From the NCBI GenBank assembly GCA_021811585.1, contig JAJZOG010000007.1:1-55458 (forward strand): a stretch of DNA of 55,458 bases, in the 5' to 3' direction. Made by a program: the position numbers and the translations under genes. This DNA is from a bacterium. Lineage in GTDB: Bacteria > Patescibacteriota > Doudnabacteria > UBA920 > VMFF01. Position 1 is the stretch's first letter. Each line of letters starts with the position of its first letter. The notes under the pieces are model-generated. The model had not been told where the DNA came from, searched no databases, and was given only the letters and a program-made list of their open reading frames with translations. Shown piece after piece: positions 41,190 to 50,996 of this stretch.

Positions 41190-41909
41190 ATGCAACCAAC
41201 ATATAATCCGGCTCAACAGCACGCGCCTTCACAGCCGCAACAGCAGCAGCCGGTTCAACCTCAATATTCATCTTCAGTTCCTGCAGGATCCGGAAAATCC
41301 TCCAAACTTCCTTGGATTCTTCTCGTGGTAGTGGTCCTGATTGTTGCCGGCGTTTTGGCATATCTTTTCCGCGGCAAATTTACAACCCAAAACGGGCCAA
41401 AACTTTCCGGTTATCAGGCGGTGTTTTTGACCAACGGCCAGGTTTATTTCGGACACCTTTCGCGCGCGGGCAATCAATACGCGGTGCTCACCGACATTTT
41501 CTATTTGCAAGTTAATCAGCCCTTGCAAACAGGACAAGCCGGCGCAAATGGCCAGGCATCTGCCGCGCAACAACAGGCGCAAGCAGCCAATACATCTTCA
41601 GCCGCATCCGCGTCTTCAGGTTCGCAGCAGCAGCCCCAGCTTTCGCTCGTGAAATTGGGAAACGAATTGCACGGTCCGGCTGATTTGATGCATATCAATC
41701 GCGATCAAATTCTTTTTTATGAGGATTTGAAAGCTGACGGCAAAGTTGCCCAGGCGATTGATGCTTATTATCAAAACCAAAAAAATCCGCAGCAAAGCTC
41801 GGCTCCTGCTTCCGATTCAGGCGCGGGCGCGCAGGGTTCTGTTGATCAAACTCAGCAAACCGGCGGCGCGGCTCCTGTTTCTGGCACAACAGCACCTGCC
41901 AAGAAATAA
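41190..41909 (+). CDS. Gln-rich single-pass membrane protein, hypothetical
   Basis: Q/P-rich N-terminus, TM WILLVVVVLIVAGVLAYLF, and a conserved-looking YQAVFLTNGQVYFGHL segment. Confidence 0.6.
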   Translation: MQPTYNPAQQHAPSQPQQQQPVQPQYSSSVPAGSGKSSKLPWILLVVVVLIVAGVLAYLFRGKFTTQNGPKLSGYQAVFLTNGQVYFGHLSRAGNQYAVLTDIFYLQVNQPLQTGQAGANGQASAAQQQAQAANTSSAASASSGSQQQPQLSLVKLGNELHGPADLMHINRDQILFYEDLKADGKVAQAIDAYYQNQKNPQQSSAPASDSGAGAQGSVDQTQQTGGAAPVSGTTAPAKK

Positions 41910-41996
41910 GCGCGCTTCGCTTGAAAGAAAAAAGCGTTCTATAAATAAGAGCGCTTGAAAGACAAAGAGCGTTTAAAAGTAAAAAGCGCTTGAAAG

Positions 41997-42034
41997 ACAA
42001 AAACCGCGGATTAATTTCCGCGGTTTTATTTTTT
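41997..42034. terminator. Bidirectional intrinsic terminator between the 41190 gene and rplT
   Basis: aaaaaccgcgg-attaattt-ccgcggttttatttttt has an A-run on the left and a T-run on the right. Confidence 0.7.
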
Positions 42035-42082
42035 CTCCCATTTCCTCATGCGCCTTTGCCTGCGCATTTTAAGATCCAAAAA

Positions 42083-42430
42083 CTATTTCGAGATTTCTTT
42101 AACAAATTTTTCAAAGGCCTTTGGGGCTTGGTTCGAAAGCTCGGCGAGCATCTTGCGATTTATTTGTACCTTCGCTTTTTTTAATGCACCCGCGAACTTG
42201 CTGTAAGTTGTGCCATTGTCTCGCAGGGCGGCGTTCATGCGCGTAAGCCAAAGCGCGCGCATGTCGCGCTTTTTATTGCGGCGGTCGCGGTACGCATATT
42301 TATCCGCGTGAAGCAGCGCCTCGCGAGCCAGCGGGAAATTCGTGCTCCTGCGGTTTTCAAAACCTTTTGCTCTTTTAAGCAGGTTTTTTCTTCGTTTGTG
42401 GGCGGCCACTCCGCGTTTGATTCTTGTCAT
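42083..42430 (-). CDS. rplT: 50S ribosomal protein L20
   Basis: MTRIKRGVAAHKRRKNLLKRAKGF...AYRDRRNKKRDMRALWLTRMNAA. Confidence 0.95.
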   Translation of the reverse strand: MTRIKRGVAAHKRRKNLLKRAKGFENRRSTNFPLAREALLHADKYAYRDRRNKKRDMRALWLTRMNAALRDNGTTYSKFAGALKKAKVQINRKMLAELSNQAPKAFEKFVKEISK

Positions 42431-42525
42431 GAGATTATTAAATTAAAATTAAATTAATGAGAATGGGGATGGAGGACAAGTTGATTAATAAAAAGTTAAT
42501 CGGATTTATAGGAGGATAAGCCGGA

Positions 42526-42717
42526 TTAATAGGGGATAAGCCGGTTTATTCCGGGATTTGATTTTGTCAAAACCATATCGCGCCTCTTATTTTTCGTGGT
42601 TTTTCCAGATTCGCGCGAATTAAAATGATCCTGCCCGGTTTTCCTGTGTACAAGTTTTCCGGATCCTGTTTTTTTGAACCTTTTTGATGTTCCCTTATGC
42701 GTCTTTATCTTTGGCAT
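42526..42717 (-). CDS. rpmI: 50S ribosomal protein L35
   Basis: MPKIKTHKGTSKRFKKTGSGKLVHRKTGQDH. Confidence 0.95.
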   Translation of the reverse strand: MPKIKTHKGTSKRFKKTGSGKLVHRKTGQDHFNSRESGKTTKNKRRDMVLTKSNPGINRLIPY

Positions 42718-42778
42718 GTTTATTAAAATTTAATTAAGAATTTATTAAGCTACCCTGTGTACCGGCCTACCATGTGTA

Positions 42779-43303
42779 TTACGCCGCTGCCGCCGAACCG
42801 TTTCCCGAACCCCGTATCACTGTTGAGACAACCGGACCTTGTTTTTTCATCGGTACTTCCTCAACATGCCCAGGCACCAAACTTAAGAATTTTTTAAGAA
42901 CAGTAAATGCCATTTCAGGGTGCGCCTGTTCACGGCCGCGCATTACGCAATCTGCCTTCACCTTGTGGCCTTCGGAAAGGAACTGCACTGCTTTTTTGGC
43001 TTTGATGCCCATGTCGTGCTCGGAAATCCGTAATGAAATTTTAACGTTTTTCAGCTCGACTTTTTTCAGCTTCTTTTTCTGGTGCTGTTCCAGCTTTTTT
43101 TGCTGGTACCTGAATTTGTCGTAGTTGATGAATTTTGCAACAGGCGGTTGTGCTTGTGGCGAAACTTCAACGAGGTCATATCCGCGCTCTTGCGCCAAAG
43201 ATATGGCCTCGGCTGTTTTCATGACACCCAGTTGGCTGCCGCTCTCGTCAATAACCCGAACTTCCGGGACTCTTATTTGATTGTTGGTTCTGTTTTTTTG
43301 CAA
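42779..43303 (-). CDS. infC: Translation initiation factor IF-3
   Basis: IRVPEVRVIDESGSQLGVM...ERGYDLVEVSPQAQPPVAKFINYDKFRY. The ORF opens with a non-ATG (TTG) codon, consistent with the atypical starts known for infC. Confidence 0.95.
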   Translation of the reverse strand: MQKNRTNNQIRVPEVRVIDESGSQLGVMKTAEAISLAQERGYDLVEVSPQAQPPVAKFINYDKFRYQQKKLEQHQKKKLKKVELKNVKISLRISEHDMGIKAKKAVQFLSEGHKVKADCVMRGREQAHPEMAFTVLKKFLSLVPGHVEEVPMKKQGPVVSTVIRGSGNGSAAAA

Positions 43304-43704
43304 TTTGCAATTGTGGCGGCGCGCGCCTTGCCCATTAACTTTTGATTAACCCAAGTATACAGTTTAAGAGCCGTTTGGTCAAATTAAGATAGGGCCGTCC
43401 ACATAGTAAATAGTAAGATGGAGCTGGCCGCATAGTTAAGCTAGCGCTGTCTGCACAGTAAGATGGAGCTGCCCGTGGATTCAGAAGCAACCCGAAGCCG
43501 CCTGGCCGGGCCCATCCACAGGCCATTTTGCACTAGCTTAAAAGCATAATTTTTCCACAGATTTTATATACAATGATATTGTCCGCGCCGCGATATTAAT
43601 GTATAATTAAAAAGTAAATTTCGGATAAGATTAATTTTTCCGAGTTTTTAATTGTTTTTTAATCTTAAAGATTAAGTCGCGATGAATTTAATCGTGAATT
43701 AATT

Positions 43705-43896
43705 TTGGGAGCAATCAAGCAGAGTATGCACATATTCACAGACATATTGTTGGGTTTCGCGATATTTTTAGGCGCTTATATGCTGGTGCGCTTTGAACCG
43801 TTGGAAGATGCCCTAAGGCGCAGGGGAGTAAAAGGGTTTTTTAATATGTTGCTTGCGGCACTTATCCACGATTTTGTAAGCATGTTTTTTAAGTGA
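43705..43896 (+). CDS. Possible small membrane protein
   Basis: ORF track only. It has a hydrophobic segment ILLGFAIFLGAYMLV, and the start is uncertain (ATG at 43726). Confidence 0.3.
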   Translation: MGAIKQSMHIFTDILLGFAIFLGAYMLVRFEPLEDALRRRGVKGFFNMLLAALIHDFVSMFFK

Positions 43897-44021
43897 TGGA
43901 TTTGCAAAATCGCACGCCGTCTTAGGTTCTAATCCAAAGTGCAACATTCTTTAAAAGATCATCTCCTAAAGATCGCCGCCTATTGTAAAACTCGCTTGTT
44001 CGTGTTAAAATACTCGGACTT

Positions 44022-44412
44022 GGGGATGCCGGATTTTGACAGGGATTTGAACTTTGAAAATATGCAAGCCGGGTATTCTCGGAATCCCGTAACATATTCG
44101 AGAAAATCACAAATGCCAATTTAATGGCTCGGGTAAAAAATGCTTTTGCTAATGCATTTGCATTTCAACCTGCTCTTGCTTAATTAGCGGGAGCGCGCGC
44201 CTTTTGCTTTTCCGCGGCAAAAGTTTACGCGCTGTTATTGCGGAATATGCGCAGCGCGGCTGGTTTGCCCGCGCGCGTGAAATCTTTGCAAACCGCCCTT
44301 TTGGCTTAACTCGCTTGCTGGTTGCCAAAAGGATTTAAAGCAAGCTAAGCTTGTGATCAATTTTTAGAGCGATATCTCCTGGACGCGGGTTTAACTCCCG
44401 CCATCTCCACCA
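44022..44412 (+). ncRNA. ssrA: tmRNA (SsrA)
   Basis: The 5' end is GGGGATGCCGGATTTTGACAGGG. The 3' end is GGACGCGGGTTTAACTCCCGCCATCTCCACCA, a tRNA-like T-arm and acceptor with a G3:U pair. The in-frame tag candidate is GCC AAT ... CCT GCT CTT GCT TAA (44115-44183) = ANLMARVKNAFANAFAFQPALA-stop. Confidence 0.9.
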
Positions 44413-44547
44413 AATAAGCGTCTCACTTTGTACCCCTGTTCAACCGCGGTTATTTGTGTTATGCTTGTTTTAAGCAAAATTAGTTTTAGAAAAATAGTCG
44501 AGTTTCAAAAATATATTAAGTTTGCATTTTATTCTTAACAAAAAAAC

Positions 44548-44748
44548 ATGAACGGTGTAATCAAGAAAAAAGTTGCCGACAAAGGTTTTGGCTTCATCAC
44601 TGTAGATGGCCAGGCGCAAGACCTGTTTTTCCATAAGAACTCCTTGGTTGGGGTTACTTTTGATGAAATTCAGGAAGGCGACAAAGTCACTTTCGAAACC
44701 GAAGATTCTCCAAAAGGGAAGAACGCGGTAAACGTACAACGCGTTTAA
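44548..44748 (+). CDS. Cold-shock domain protein (CspA family)
   Basis: KGFGFITV (RNP1) and DLFFH (RNP2); 66 aa. Confidence 0.95.
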   Translation: MNGVIKKKVADKGFGFITVDGQAQDLFFHKNSLVGVTFDEIQEGDKVTFETEDSPKGKNAVNVQRV

Positions 44749-44767
44749 TTGATTTGGAAACAGCCCT

Positions 44768-44795
44768 TAACCGGGCTGTTTTTTATTTATCCGCT
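44768..44795 (+). terminator. Intrinsic terminator after the csp gene
   Basis: aaacagccc-ttaacc-gggctgtttttt. Confidence 0.8.
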
Positions 44796-44998
44796 GGGGA
44801 TATCGGGGATATTAAAGAATAGGACTCTGCAATTTGCTGCCGTTCAATTTATTACTATTGCATTTTCGCGGATTGGGATTAAAATAAAATTAAATCGTCA
44901 TAAATTTAATCTTATTGGCTGCAAACATTAGCAAATAACTGCTGGCAAGATAGATTTGTAAACAAATGCTGGCAAATGGATGAGCTGGCAAACACAAA

Positions 44999-46108
44999 AT
45001 GAGCAGACAAAGGCAAACATTAATTATTTTAATAATTTTACTCGGGGCTTTGGGTATGCTTGGATATTTTGCATATCAGCATTATAAAACCTTTGAGATA
45101 GGATATCGCAGGCAAGGCGGGAAAATAGGATGGCTGTTTGGAGGCCAAAATAACGGCAGCACTTCCGGCGGCAGCGGCAGTATCGGCAGCGGCAGTACTA
45201 GCACCGGCAGTACCGGCGGAACAGGCGGCAGCGGCAGTACCGACAGCAGTACTTCCGGCACCACTGGCGGCCAAGAGCAAAATCAATCAATCCAAAATTT
45301 ATCTTCTTTGTTCGGCCAAGGCACAATTATTTATACGAACAACCAATATGGTTTTGATTTCGCGTTGCCTTCGGATTGGCAAGGATATTCCATTGTGAAT
45401 TCGCAATGGCAGGGCTACGCTGTTTCCGGGTCGCAAGGAGATGTAACCACAAGTGCGGGTCCGCAAATTTTGATCCGCAATCCGCATTGGACGCAAGCGC
45501 GGCCATACCAGGATATTCCGATTATGGTGTTTACTTTGGCGCAGTGGGATGAGATAATCCGCGGAATTTTTCATATCGGCGCCGCGCCGGTTAATCCGAT
45601 GATGCTGGGATACAGCGCCCGGTATGTTTTTGCGTTGCCTGCCAGGTACAATTATGCGTTTCCTTTGGGATGGCAAGAGGTCGAGCAAATCTTGCAAAAC
45701 AAACCCTTGGCGCCGATATCGCCGGTTATATTTGATGCTCTTCCGGCCGAGAGCCAACTTTTGCTGTGCGCCGGAATTCCGAATAATTCTGTTATGGTTT
45801 TGCCGGAAACCACGCGTCTTTTTATTAATTTGCCGAAAGATGTTTTTCCGGACAAAAATAATAATTTGAAATTTACAGCCGTAGCCGCAAGCGGCAATGC
45901 GCAAGCAAATTGGATTTCGAACGCAGGGCCTTATGGTGAGGCGTTCGGTGCTCTGCAACCAGGCGATTCTTCGCAAAGCATTGACTGTTGGTCTTATTAT
46001 TATGAATTGGATGGTACGGGTGAATTGGATTTGACTGCCACCGGTGCGCCTGTTTCAGGCGTGCCGGGCATGAATTATTTTGTAAAATTCTTAGTGCAAG
46101 CGCATTGA
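44999..46108 (+). CDS. Membrane-anchored hypothetical protein with a Gly/Ser/Thr-rich linker
   Basis: 369-aa ORF with N-terminal TM LIILIILLGALGMLGYFAY. Confidence 0.6.
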   Translation: MSRQRQTLIILIILLGALGMLGYFAYQHYKTFEIGYRRQGGKIGWLFGGQNNGSTSGGSGSIGSGSTSTGSTGGTGGSGSTDSSTSGTTGGQEQNQSIQNLSSLFGQGTIIYTNNQYGFDFALPSDWQGYSIVNSQWQGYAVSGSQGDVTTSAGPQILIRNPHWTQARPYQDIPIMVFTLAQWDEIIRGIFHIGAAPVNPMMLGYSARYVFALPARYNYAFPLGWQEVEQILQNKPLAPISPVIFDALPAESQLLLCAGIPNNSVMVLPETTRLFINLPKDVFPDKNNNLKFTAVAASGNAQANWISNAGPYGEAFGALQPGDSSQSIDCWSYYYELDGTGELDLTATGAPVSGVPGMNYFVKFLVQAH

Positions 46109-46522
46109 TTTTTAGGTGCACAAGATGTGCGGAGTGCAAGCATATTGATTTCTATGCCGCGCGCAAAGCGGTTCGCGCATTGCGGCTATTTTTTAGTGTA
46201 CTCAAGGCGCCGGCGCGCATTAGAATTCCATCATATTTGCCCGCTTATCCATTTTGATCCGGATCAATCCGGATTATTTAATCCGCGCTTATCCACCTGG
46301 CGCGGTTTTTTTATACAGTCCTTTGGCGTTATTGTGCAAATTTTTTCATGCTTTTGTGCCTTAATTTTTGTTTGCCTTTCGAGTACTTTTTAAATAAGCA
46401 CGTTTTTAATTCGGTTTGGCTTGTGTTTTTATTTTTTTAACAAGGCGATTAAATTGGGTAAATTATTGAGCAAATTAAATTGAGCAAATAAAATCGGGTA
46501 CATAAAATCGAACGGAGGCAAA

Positions 46523-47386
46523 ATGGAAGACGCAAGGCCGCAAAAACTTTTCAATATCGCGACAGCCGCGCTCATGGCGGCATTTTTGCTTTTGGGATTT
46601 GGGAAAGGCGGTTTTTTAGAGAGTGCGCAAAAGTACGTTGCAAACAATGTTCATGAAAGCCAAAATTATTCCGCGCAAAGCGCATCGCCGCAGAATATTT
46701 CGTCCGCTGCCTCAAAGGTTTCGGCTTCGGTGGTTTCCGTGAATGTGATGCAAAAAGTTTACAATAATTTTTCAGATTATCCGCTGGCTTTTGATGTAAA
46801 TTTGCCTGCCGGGGCCGCCCAAAATGCGCCGGCCACGGACGAGGAGGTCGCAGCCGGTACAGGATTTTTCATAACTTCAGACGGATATATTTTAACCAAC
46901 AACCACGTTGTGGAAAATTCATCCGATTATTACACGGTAACGCTTTCGGGCGGCAATGGAACAGTGCCTGCCCAGGTTGTCTTTAAAGATCCTGCGGATG
47001 ATTTGGCAATAATAAAAATACCCGGGAATAATTATTCGCCCGCGGCTTTGGGGGATTCTTCGGCAGTCAAAATAGGGCAGGGAGTTGCCGGAATTGGGAA
47101 TGCGCTGGGAAAATTTCCCGGCACTGTTTCAACGGGAAATGTAATTGGCTTGGATAAAAATATAATTGCCAGCGGTTTGGATTCAAGCGAACAGCTCGGC
47201 GGGCTCATAGAAACAAATGCGAACATGTATCCCGGTGATTCCGGCGGCCCTTTGCTTGACACCGGCGGAAAAGTCGTTGGCGTGGATGTGGCCATAGACG
47301 AAAACACCGGAACGAGTTTTTCCATTCCGGTTAATACTGCCCAAAGTTTTATACAGAGAACTTTGGGCACCTTGGCTTTGAAATAA
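46523..47386 (+). CDS. Trypsin-like serine protease (S1C/HtrA-like, no PDZ seen)
   Basis: SD ggagg. Catalytic triad context: TNNHVV (His), DDLAIIKI (Asp), GDSGGPLLD (Ser). Confidence 0.85.
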   Translation: MEDARPQKLFNIATAALMAAFLLLGFGKGGFLESAQKYVANNVHESQNYSAQSASPQNISSAASKVSASVVSVNVMQKVYNNFSDYPLAFDVNLPAGAAQNAPATDEEVAAGTGFFITSDGYILTNNHVVENSSDYYTVTLSGGNGTVPAQVVFKDPADDLAIIKIPGNNYSPAALGDSSAVKIGQGVAGIGNALGKFPGTVSTGNVIGLDKNIIASGLDSSEQLGGLIETNANMYPGDSGGPLLDTGGKVVGVDVAIDENTGTSFSIPVNTAQSFIQRTLGTLALK

Positions 47387-47409
47387 CTGCAAACTTTGTG
47401 CGCCTTTGG

Positions 47410-47484
47410 TTTGGAATAATCGCAAATTTTAAGGCCTTTGCTTTGGAATAATCGCAAATTTTAAGGCTTTTGCTTTGGAATAAC
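47410..47484. repeat. 32-bp tandem repeat x2.3
   Basis: tttggaataatcgcaaattttaaggcctttgc at 47410-47441 and 47442-47473 (1 mismatch), then a partial unit. A degenerate copy lies upstream. Confidence 0.9.
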
Positions 47485-47564
47485 TGGCGCGGCATATTTA
47501 TCTGCGTGCGCGCAACCGCTAACCGCTTAGAAGTCCGGCTGGTTTTTTGGCCGATTTTCTGCCG

Positions 47565-48110
47565 CTATTTTTTGTAAACGTAAATTTTTGTCTTGCGCGG
47601 CTGAAAAATTTGCGTTGGCAAAAGGTTCGGAAAAGGGAATTGCCGCAAAATTGCCATTGTCTCTGGATTGCATTCGGCAATAAATTTTTTTTCCAGCACC
47701 GCCACGGTTTCGGGCATGAGGTAAGCATAAATCACAGTGAATTTGCCCAGGTTCTCTTTCAGAAAATCTTTCCTGAAAAAATTTGTATGCGATCGCATGA
47801 GCACCTTTTTTGTTTTTGCCAGAAAATGATTCCATAAATCCAGCTCAAACCCGCTTGCAAGCGCGCCGATTTTTGCCGCCAAAAAAACAGCTCTGCCGTC
47901 GCCGCTGCCAAGATCAACAAAATTGTCTTTTGGGCAGATTGCGCACTGCGCCAAAATGGATTTAAGCTCGCGCCTGCTCGTGGGTACGTACGGCACTTTT
48001 GTTTTAAGAAAAGTATGGACTTCAACAAGCGTGGAAAAAATATACGCCAGCGCGAAAATAAAGATAAAGATACTTAAAATGATGAACAGGACTAAGTATG
48101 TCGGCTGCAT
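47565..48110 (-). CDS. Class I SAM-dependent methyltransferase with an N-terminal TM helix
   Basis: Motif I FVDLGSGDGRAVFLAA. Confidence 0.7.
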   Translation of the reverse strand: MQPTYLVLFIILSIFIFIFALAYIFSTLVEVHTFLKTKVPYVPTSRRELKSILAQCAICPKDNFVDLGSGDGRAVFLAAKIGALASGFELDLWNHFLAKTKKVLMRSHTNFFRKDFLKENLGKFTVIYAYLMPETVAVLEKKFIAECNPETMAILRQFPFPNLLPTQIFQPRKTKIYVYKK

Positions 48111-48378
48111 GTTTTGGTTTTAGAAGCGGATTTTTTGAGGACGAATTTTTGCCTTGAGCGCGAATTTTTTTTGAGGGGCTGCTTTCTTTGAGGTGTTTGC
48201 TTTAGGGAATTTTTGCTTGAGGTGTTTGTTCTGAGGCAAATTTTTGCTTTGAGTGGTTTTCTTTGAGGTGTCTGCTTGATGGGTTTGCTTTTTTAGAGCG
48301 ATCCGCTTTTTATATATTATAGCACTTATGCCAACATAAGGCACTTGCGTCCCGCTGCCTAAGTTATAATCCAAAGTA

Positions 48379-48454
48379 TCACCTTATAGTGTTAACTCTA
48401 CAGTCACCTTATGGTGTTAACTCTACAGGATAGGTTATGGTGTTAACTTTACAG
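48379..48454. repeat. 25-bp tandem repeat x3
   Basis: tcaccttatagtgttaactctacag, tcaccttatggtgttaactctacag and gataggttatggtgttaactttacag. Confidence 0.9.
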
Positions 48455-48533
48455 GCATTTGGTACAGATATTTTGGGCAGGTACTTGGGGTAGATATTTT
48501 GGGTAGTACCCGGCATTGTGGTATAATATGCCC

Positions 48534-48827
48534 ATGAGTATTTATTTTTTTCATTATACCGAGATCCTTTTGGCGATTATCACAATTGCGGTTGTGCTAA
48601 TTGCTGGGGCATTATTAATGGGGTTTTATTACATTGTTTCGATTTTACGTTCAATTAAAAAAATCTCCGGAGAAGCTGAGCGGGTGAGCAGCGAAGTGGG
48701 CGAGGATATTGAGGAGTTGCGCGCAACGCTTGCGGAGCACGGGGCGCGCCTGCATGCGTTTATCAAATTTTTTAAAAAATTGCGCAGCGCTTTTAAGCGC
48801 GGGAAAAAGAATTCAAAAAATAAATAA
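48534..48827 (+). CDS. Small membrane protein (DUF948-like), hypothetical
   Basis: MSIYFFHYTEILLAIITIAVVLIAGALLMGFYYIV followed by a charged coiled region. TATAAT (48522-48527) lies 6 nt upstream of this ATG. The tracked ORF starts at 48516. Confidence 0.55.
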   Translation: MSIYFFHYTEILLAIITIAVVLIAGALLMGFYYIVSILRSIKKISGEAERVSSEVGEDIEELRATLAEHGARLHAFIKFFKKLRSAFKRGKKNSKNK

Positions 48828-48856
48828 TTTTTTACGGCTCTTGGATTAATGCGGCG

Positions 48857-48920
48857 GTTTGGCGGCGGTTCGGCAAATATTCGGCAAAGGTTTGGCGAAG
48901 GTTCGGCAAATGTCCGGCAA
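48857..48920. repeat. ~33-bp direct repeat x2
   Basis: ggttcggcaaatattcggcaaaggtttggcg and ggttcggcaaatgtccggcaaaagtttggtg. Confidence 0.85.
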
Positions 48921-48998
48921 AAGTTTGGTGCCGAATGTTCGGCGCCTGACAGCGCATCCGGCATCCGGTTAAAAACAAGAGCAAAAAGGAATTTTAAA

Positions 48999-49574
48999 AT
49001 GGTTATGGCAAAACGATCAAAACGGGCTTTGGAAATGGGCGCTTCGCTTGCAGCGCTTGCCGCAACCGCGGCCGCAGTTTATGTGCTCGCTGAATCAAAA
49101 AAAGGTAAAAATATGAAAGCGTGGTATCGCGGGTTAAAGCGGGATGTCGTAAAGAATCTCTCCAAAACAAAAACCGCAAGCCGCGAAGCATACCATGGAG
49201 CGGTAGACGCAGCAGCAAAAAAATATGCGGCAATAAAAAATATTGATAGAAATGAATTGCAAGAAGGAATCCGCCAGTTAAAAGGCCATTGGGATGCAAT
49301 TAGATCTGAAATAAATAAAGCGGCAGTTGGCGCTGATAAACTACGCGCGGCAATCCGAGCGCGGAGATCGAAAACCGCGGGATCGCGCAGCGCGGGAAAA
49401 ATAAACGGTGCGCGGAGAAGAAATAGGGCTGGAAAAATAAACGGTGCGGGGAGATCGAAAAAACATTCCGCAGTTAGCGCGCGCGGCAAAATTCTTCGAA
49501 AGAACTCGGGAACGCATTCGGCACGTGGAGCAAATCGCAAACGCGCTGGCGGCATAAGGCGCGCGGGGCGCTAG
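48999..49574 (+). CDS. YtxH-like / basic C-terminal-repeat protein, hypothetical
   Basis: The ATG at 48999 is preceded by aaaaagga. MVMAKRSKRALEMGASLAALAATAAAVYVL is followed by a helical region and AGKINGA basic repeats. The tracked ORF starts at 48849, within the repeat DNA. Confidence 0.5.
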   Translation: MVMAKRSKRALEMGASLAALAATAAAVYVLAESKKGKNMKAWYRGLKRDVVKNLSKTKTASREAYHGAVDAAAKKYAAIKNIDRNELQEGIRQLKGHWDAIRSEINKAAVGADKLRAAIRARRSKTAGSRSAGKINGARRRNRAGKINGAGRSKKHSAVSARGKILRKNSGTHSARGANRKRAGGIRRAGR

Positions 49575-49712
49575 TGCAATTGGGCCGCGGTCTGTGCGCT
49601 TGCGTTTTGTATGCAGTACAACCGGGCTTTGTGCAGTTGCGCTTTGTATGAATTTCTAATTCCTATTTTTCCTAAATATTGTTAATGTTTTTAGGCATTA
49701 ACAATATTTTTT

Positions 49713-49853
49713 ATGCTGCTTATAATAGCAATAATTTTATTTGCGTTTTGGCTGATTGGTTTGGCATTTCATATTTTAGTTGCTTTTTTGCCGGTGCTTT
49801 TGGTGCTGGCAATTGCCCTGTTAATAATACATATAATTCGCTTATTAATTTAA
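49713..49853 (+). CDS. 46-aa very hydrophobic peptide (lmo0937-family-like), not in the ORF track
   Basis: MLLIIAIILFAFWLIGLAFHILVAFLPVLLVLAIALLIIHIIRLLI-stop. The tracked ORF 49679..49864 is in another frame and looks non-protein-like. Confidence 0.5.
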   Translation: MLLIIAIILFAFWLIGLAFHILVAFLPVLLVLAIALLIIHIIRLLI

Positions 49854-49876
49854 ATAATGCTTAGTTTGAAGCATGT

Positions 49877-50419
49877 TTAATTTTTAGCGTAATTTTTGTA
49901 TTTGGAAAATAAAAGCTTGAATATTTGCAGGTATTTATTTCTGAGGATTTCGGAATTTCCTGTTTCAAGAATATCATCATTATATTCTCCTGCCGAATAT
50001 GTCCAATTAAAACTTCCCGAGGCATAGGCATTGTCGGTGATTAGCATTTTAATATGCATAAGTCCTTTTTCTTTTTGCGGCAGTTCAATCGGAATGCCGT
50101 ATTTTTCGAGTTTTTTTATGGTTGATTTTTGGCTTGGCACAGAGGAGGCCTGGCCGGAATCGCTAATGCCGCGCACATCCACGCCGCGTAATTTTGCGGC
50201 AATAAGCGCGTCGGCAATATCTTGCCTTGTAATAGTGTAAACCGCAAAATAAGCGAATTGATGCGCGTTTTGTAATATATTAATGATTTTATCGGCTGGC
50301 CGGCCGTTTAAACTATACGTGACTTCTCCGTGCGCTGATTCTTGGGCGTGAATTTTATAAGCCGCATAAAAATTGGTAGCCGTGAAGACAACCAATACGG
50401 CGCTGATAATTTTTTTCAT
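49877..50419 (-). CDS. Phospholipase D-family / Nuc-like protein with a signal peptide
   Basis: HKD motif MHIKMLITDNAYASGSFNWT. N-terminal MKKIISAVLVVFTATNFYAA. Confidence 0.75.
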   Translation of the reverse strand: MKKIISAVLVVFTATNFYAAYKIHAQESAHGEVTYSLNGRPADKIINILQNAHQFAYFAVYTITRQDIADALIAAKLRGVDVRGISDSGQASSVPSQKSTIKKLEKYGIPIELPQKEKGLMHIKMLITDNAYASGSFNWTYSAGEYNDDILETGNSEILRNKYLQIFKLLFSKYKNYAKN

Positions 50420-50556
50420 ACACCTCTTATACTATCGGTGCATTAAAAAAATATTAAGTTTTTCTGCAAACCATAGATAAATGCTATTAATTTTGTATGC
50501 GCTGGGCAATATCTATAAAAAGGCCTTAACTTATTGCGTCTAATTCATGGATGCCA

Positions 50557-50994
50557 TTAATTTTGCCTGCGCCTGATATCTCGCTCAACCTCGCGCCGCT
50601 TTATTGTTTCGCGCTTATCGTATTGTTTTTTCCCGTAGCCAATGCCGATTTTGAGTTTTATAAGGCCTTCGCCTGTTTCCATAATTTCAAGCGGGATAAT
50701 AACAGAACCCCTCTCTTTGCCGATTAATGAGTTGATTTCTTTTTTCTTAAGCAAAAGTTTTCTCGGCTGTTCTGGGTCGAAATTTTTATTTTCGCCAGCA
50801 TATTTATAAGGAGAAATGTGCGCGTGCGTTAAAAATGCTTCCTCGCCCTTAATGGAAATATAAGCGCCGGCAAGCGATCCTTGGCCGTTTTTTAAGCTTT
50901 TGACTTCTTGGCCAGAAAGAATAAGCCCCGCGGTCAGCTGGTTTTTTATTTCGTAATTAAAACGCGCTTTTCTGTTGGTTACCAAGGTTTTCAT
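50557..50994 (-). CDS. smpB: SsrA-binding protein SmpB
   Basis: MKTLVTNRKARFNYEI...GQEVKSLK...ISPY...RKLLLKKKEI...GYGKKQYDKRETIKRRE. The tracked N-terminal MGWTR is encoded by the repeat. Confidence 0.95.
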   Translation of the reverse strand: MKTLVTNRKARFNYEIKNQLTAGLILSGQEVKSLKNGQGSLAGAYISIKGEEAFLTHAHISPYKYAGENKNFDPEQPRKLLLKKKEINSLIGKERGSVIIPLEIMETGEGLIKLKIGIGYGKKQYDKRETIKRREVERDIRRRQN

Positions 50995-50996
50995 AC

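Noticed and set aside
43922-44124. Tracked ORFs 43922..44119 (-) and 43939..44124 (+)
   Set aside because: They overlap the 5' half of the tmRNA gene, and the tmRNA assignment explains the region.
48120-48374. Lys-rich 84-aa minus-strand ORF just upstream of the 47565..48110 methyltransferase
   Set aside because: It is encoded by degenerate tttgagg-type repeat DNA, has no SD and has an implausible composition. It cannot be fully excluded as a basic small protein.
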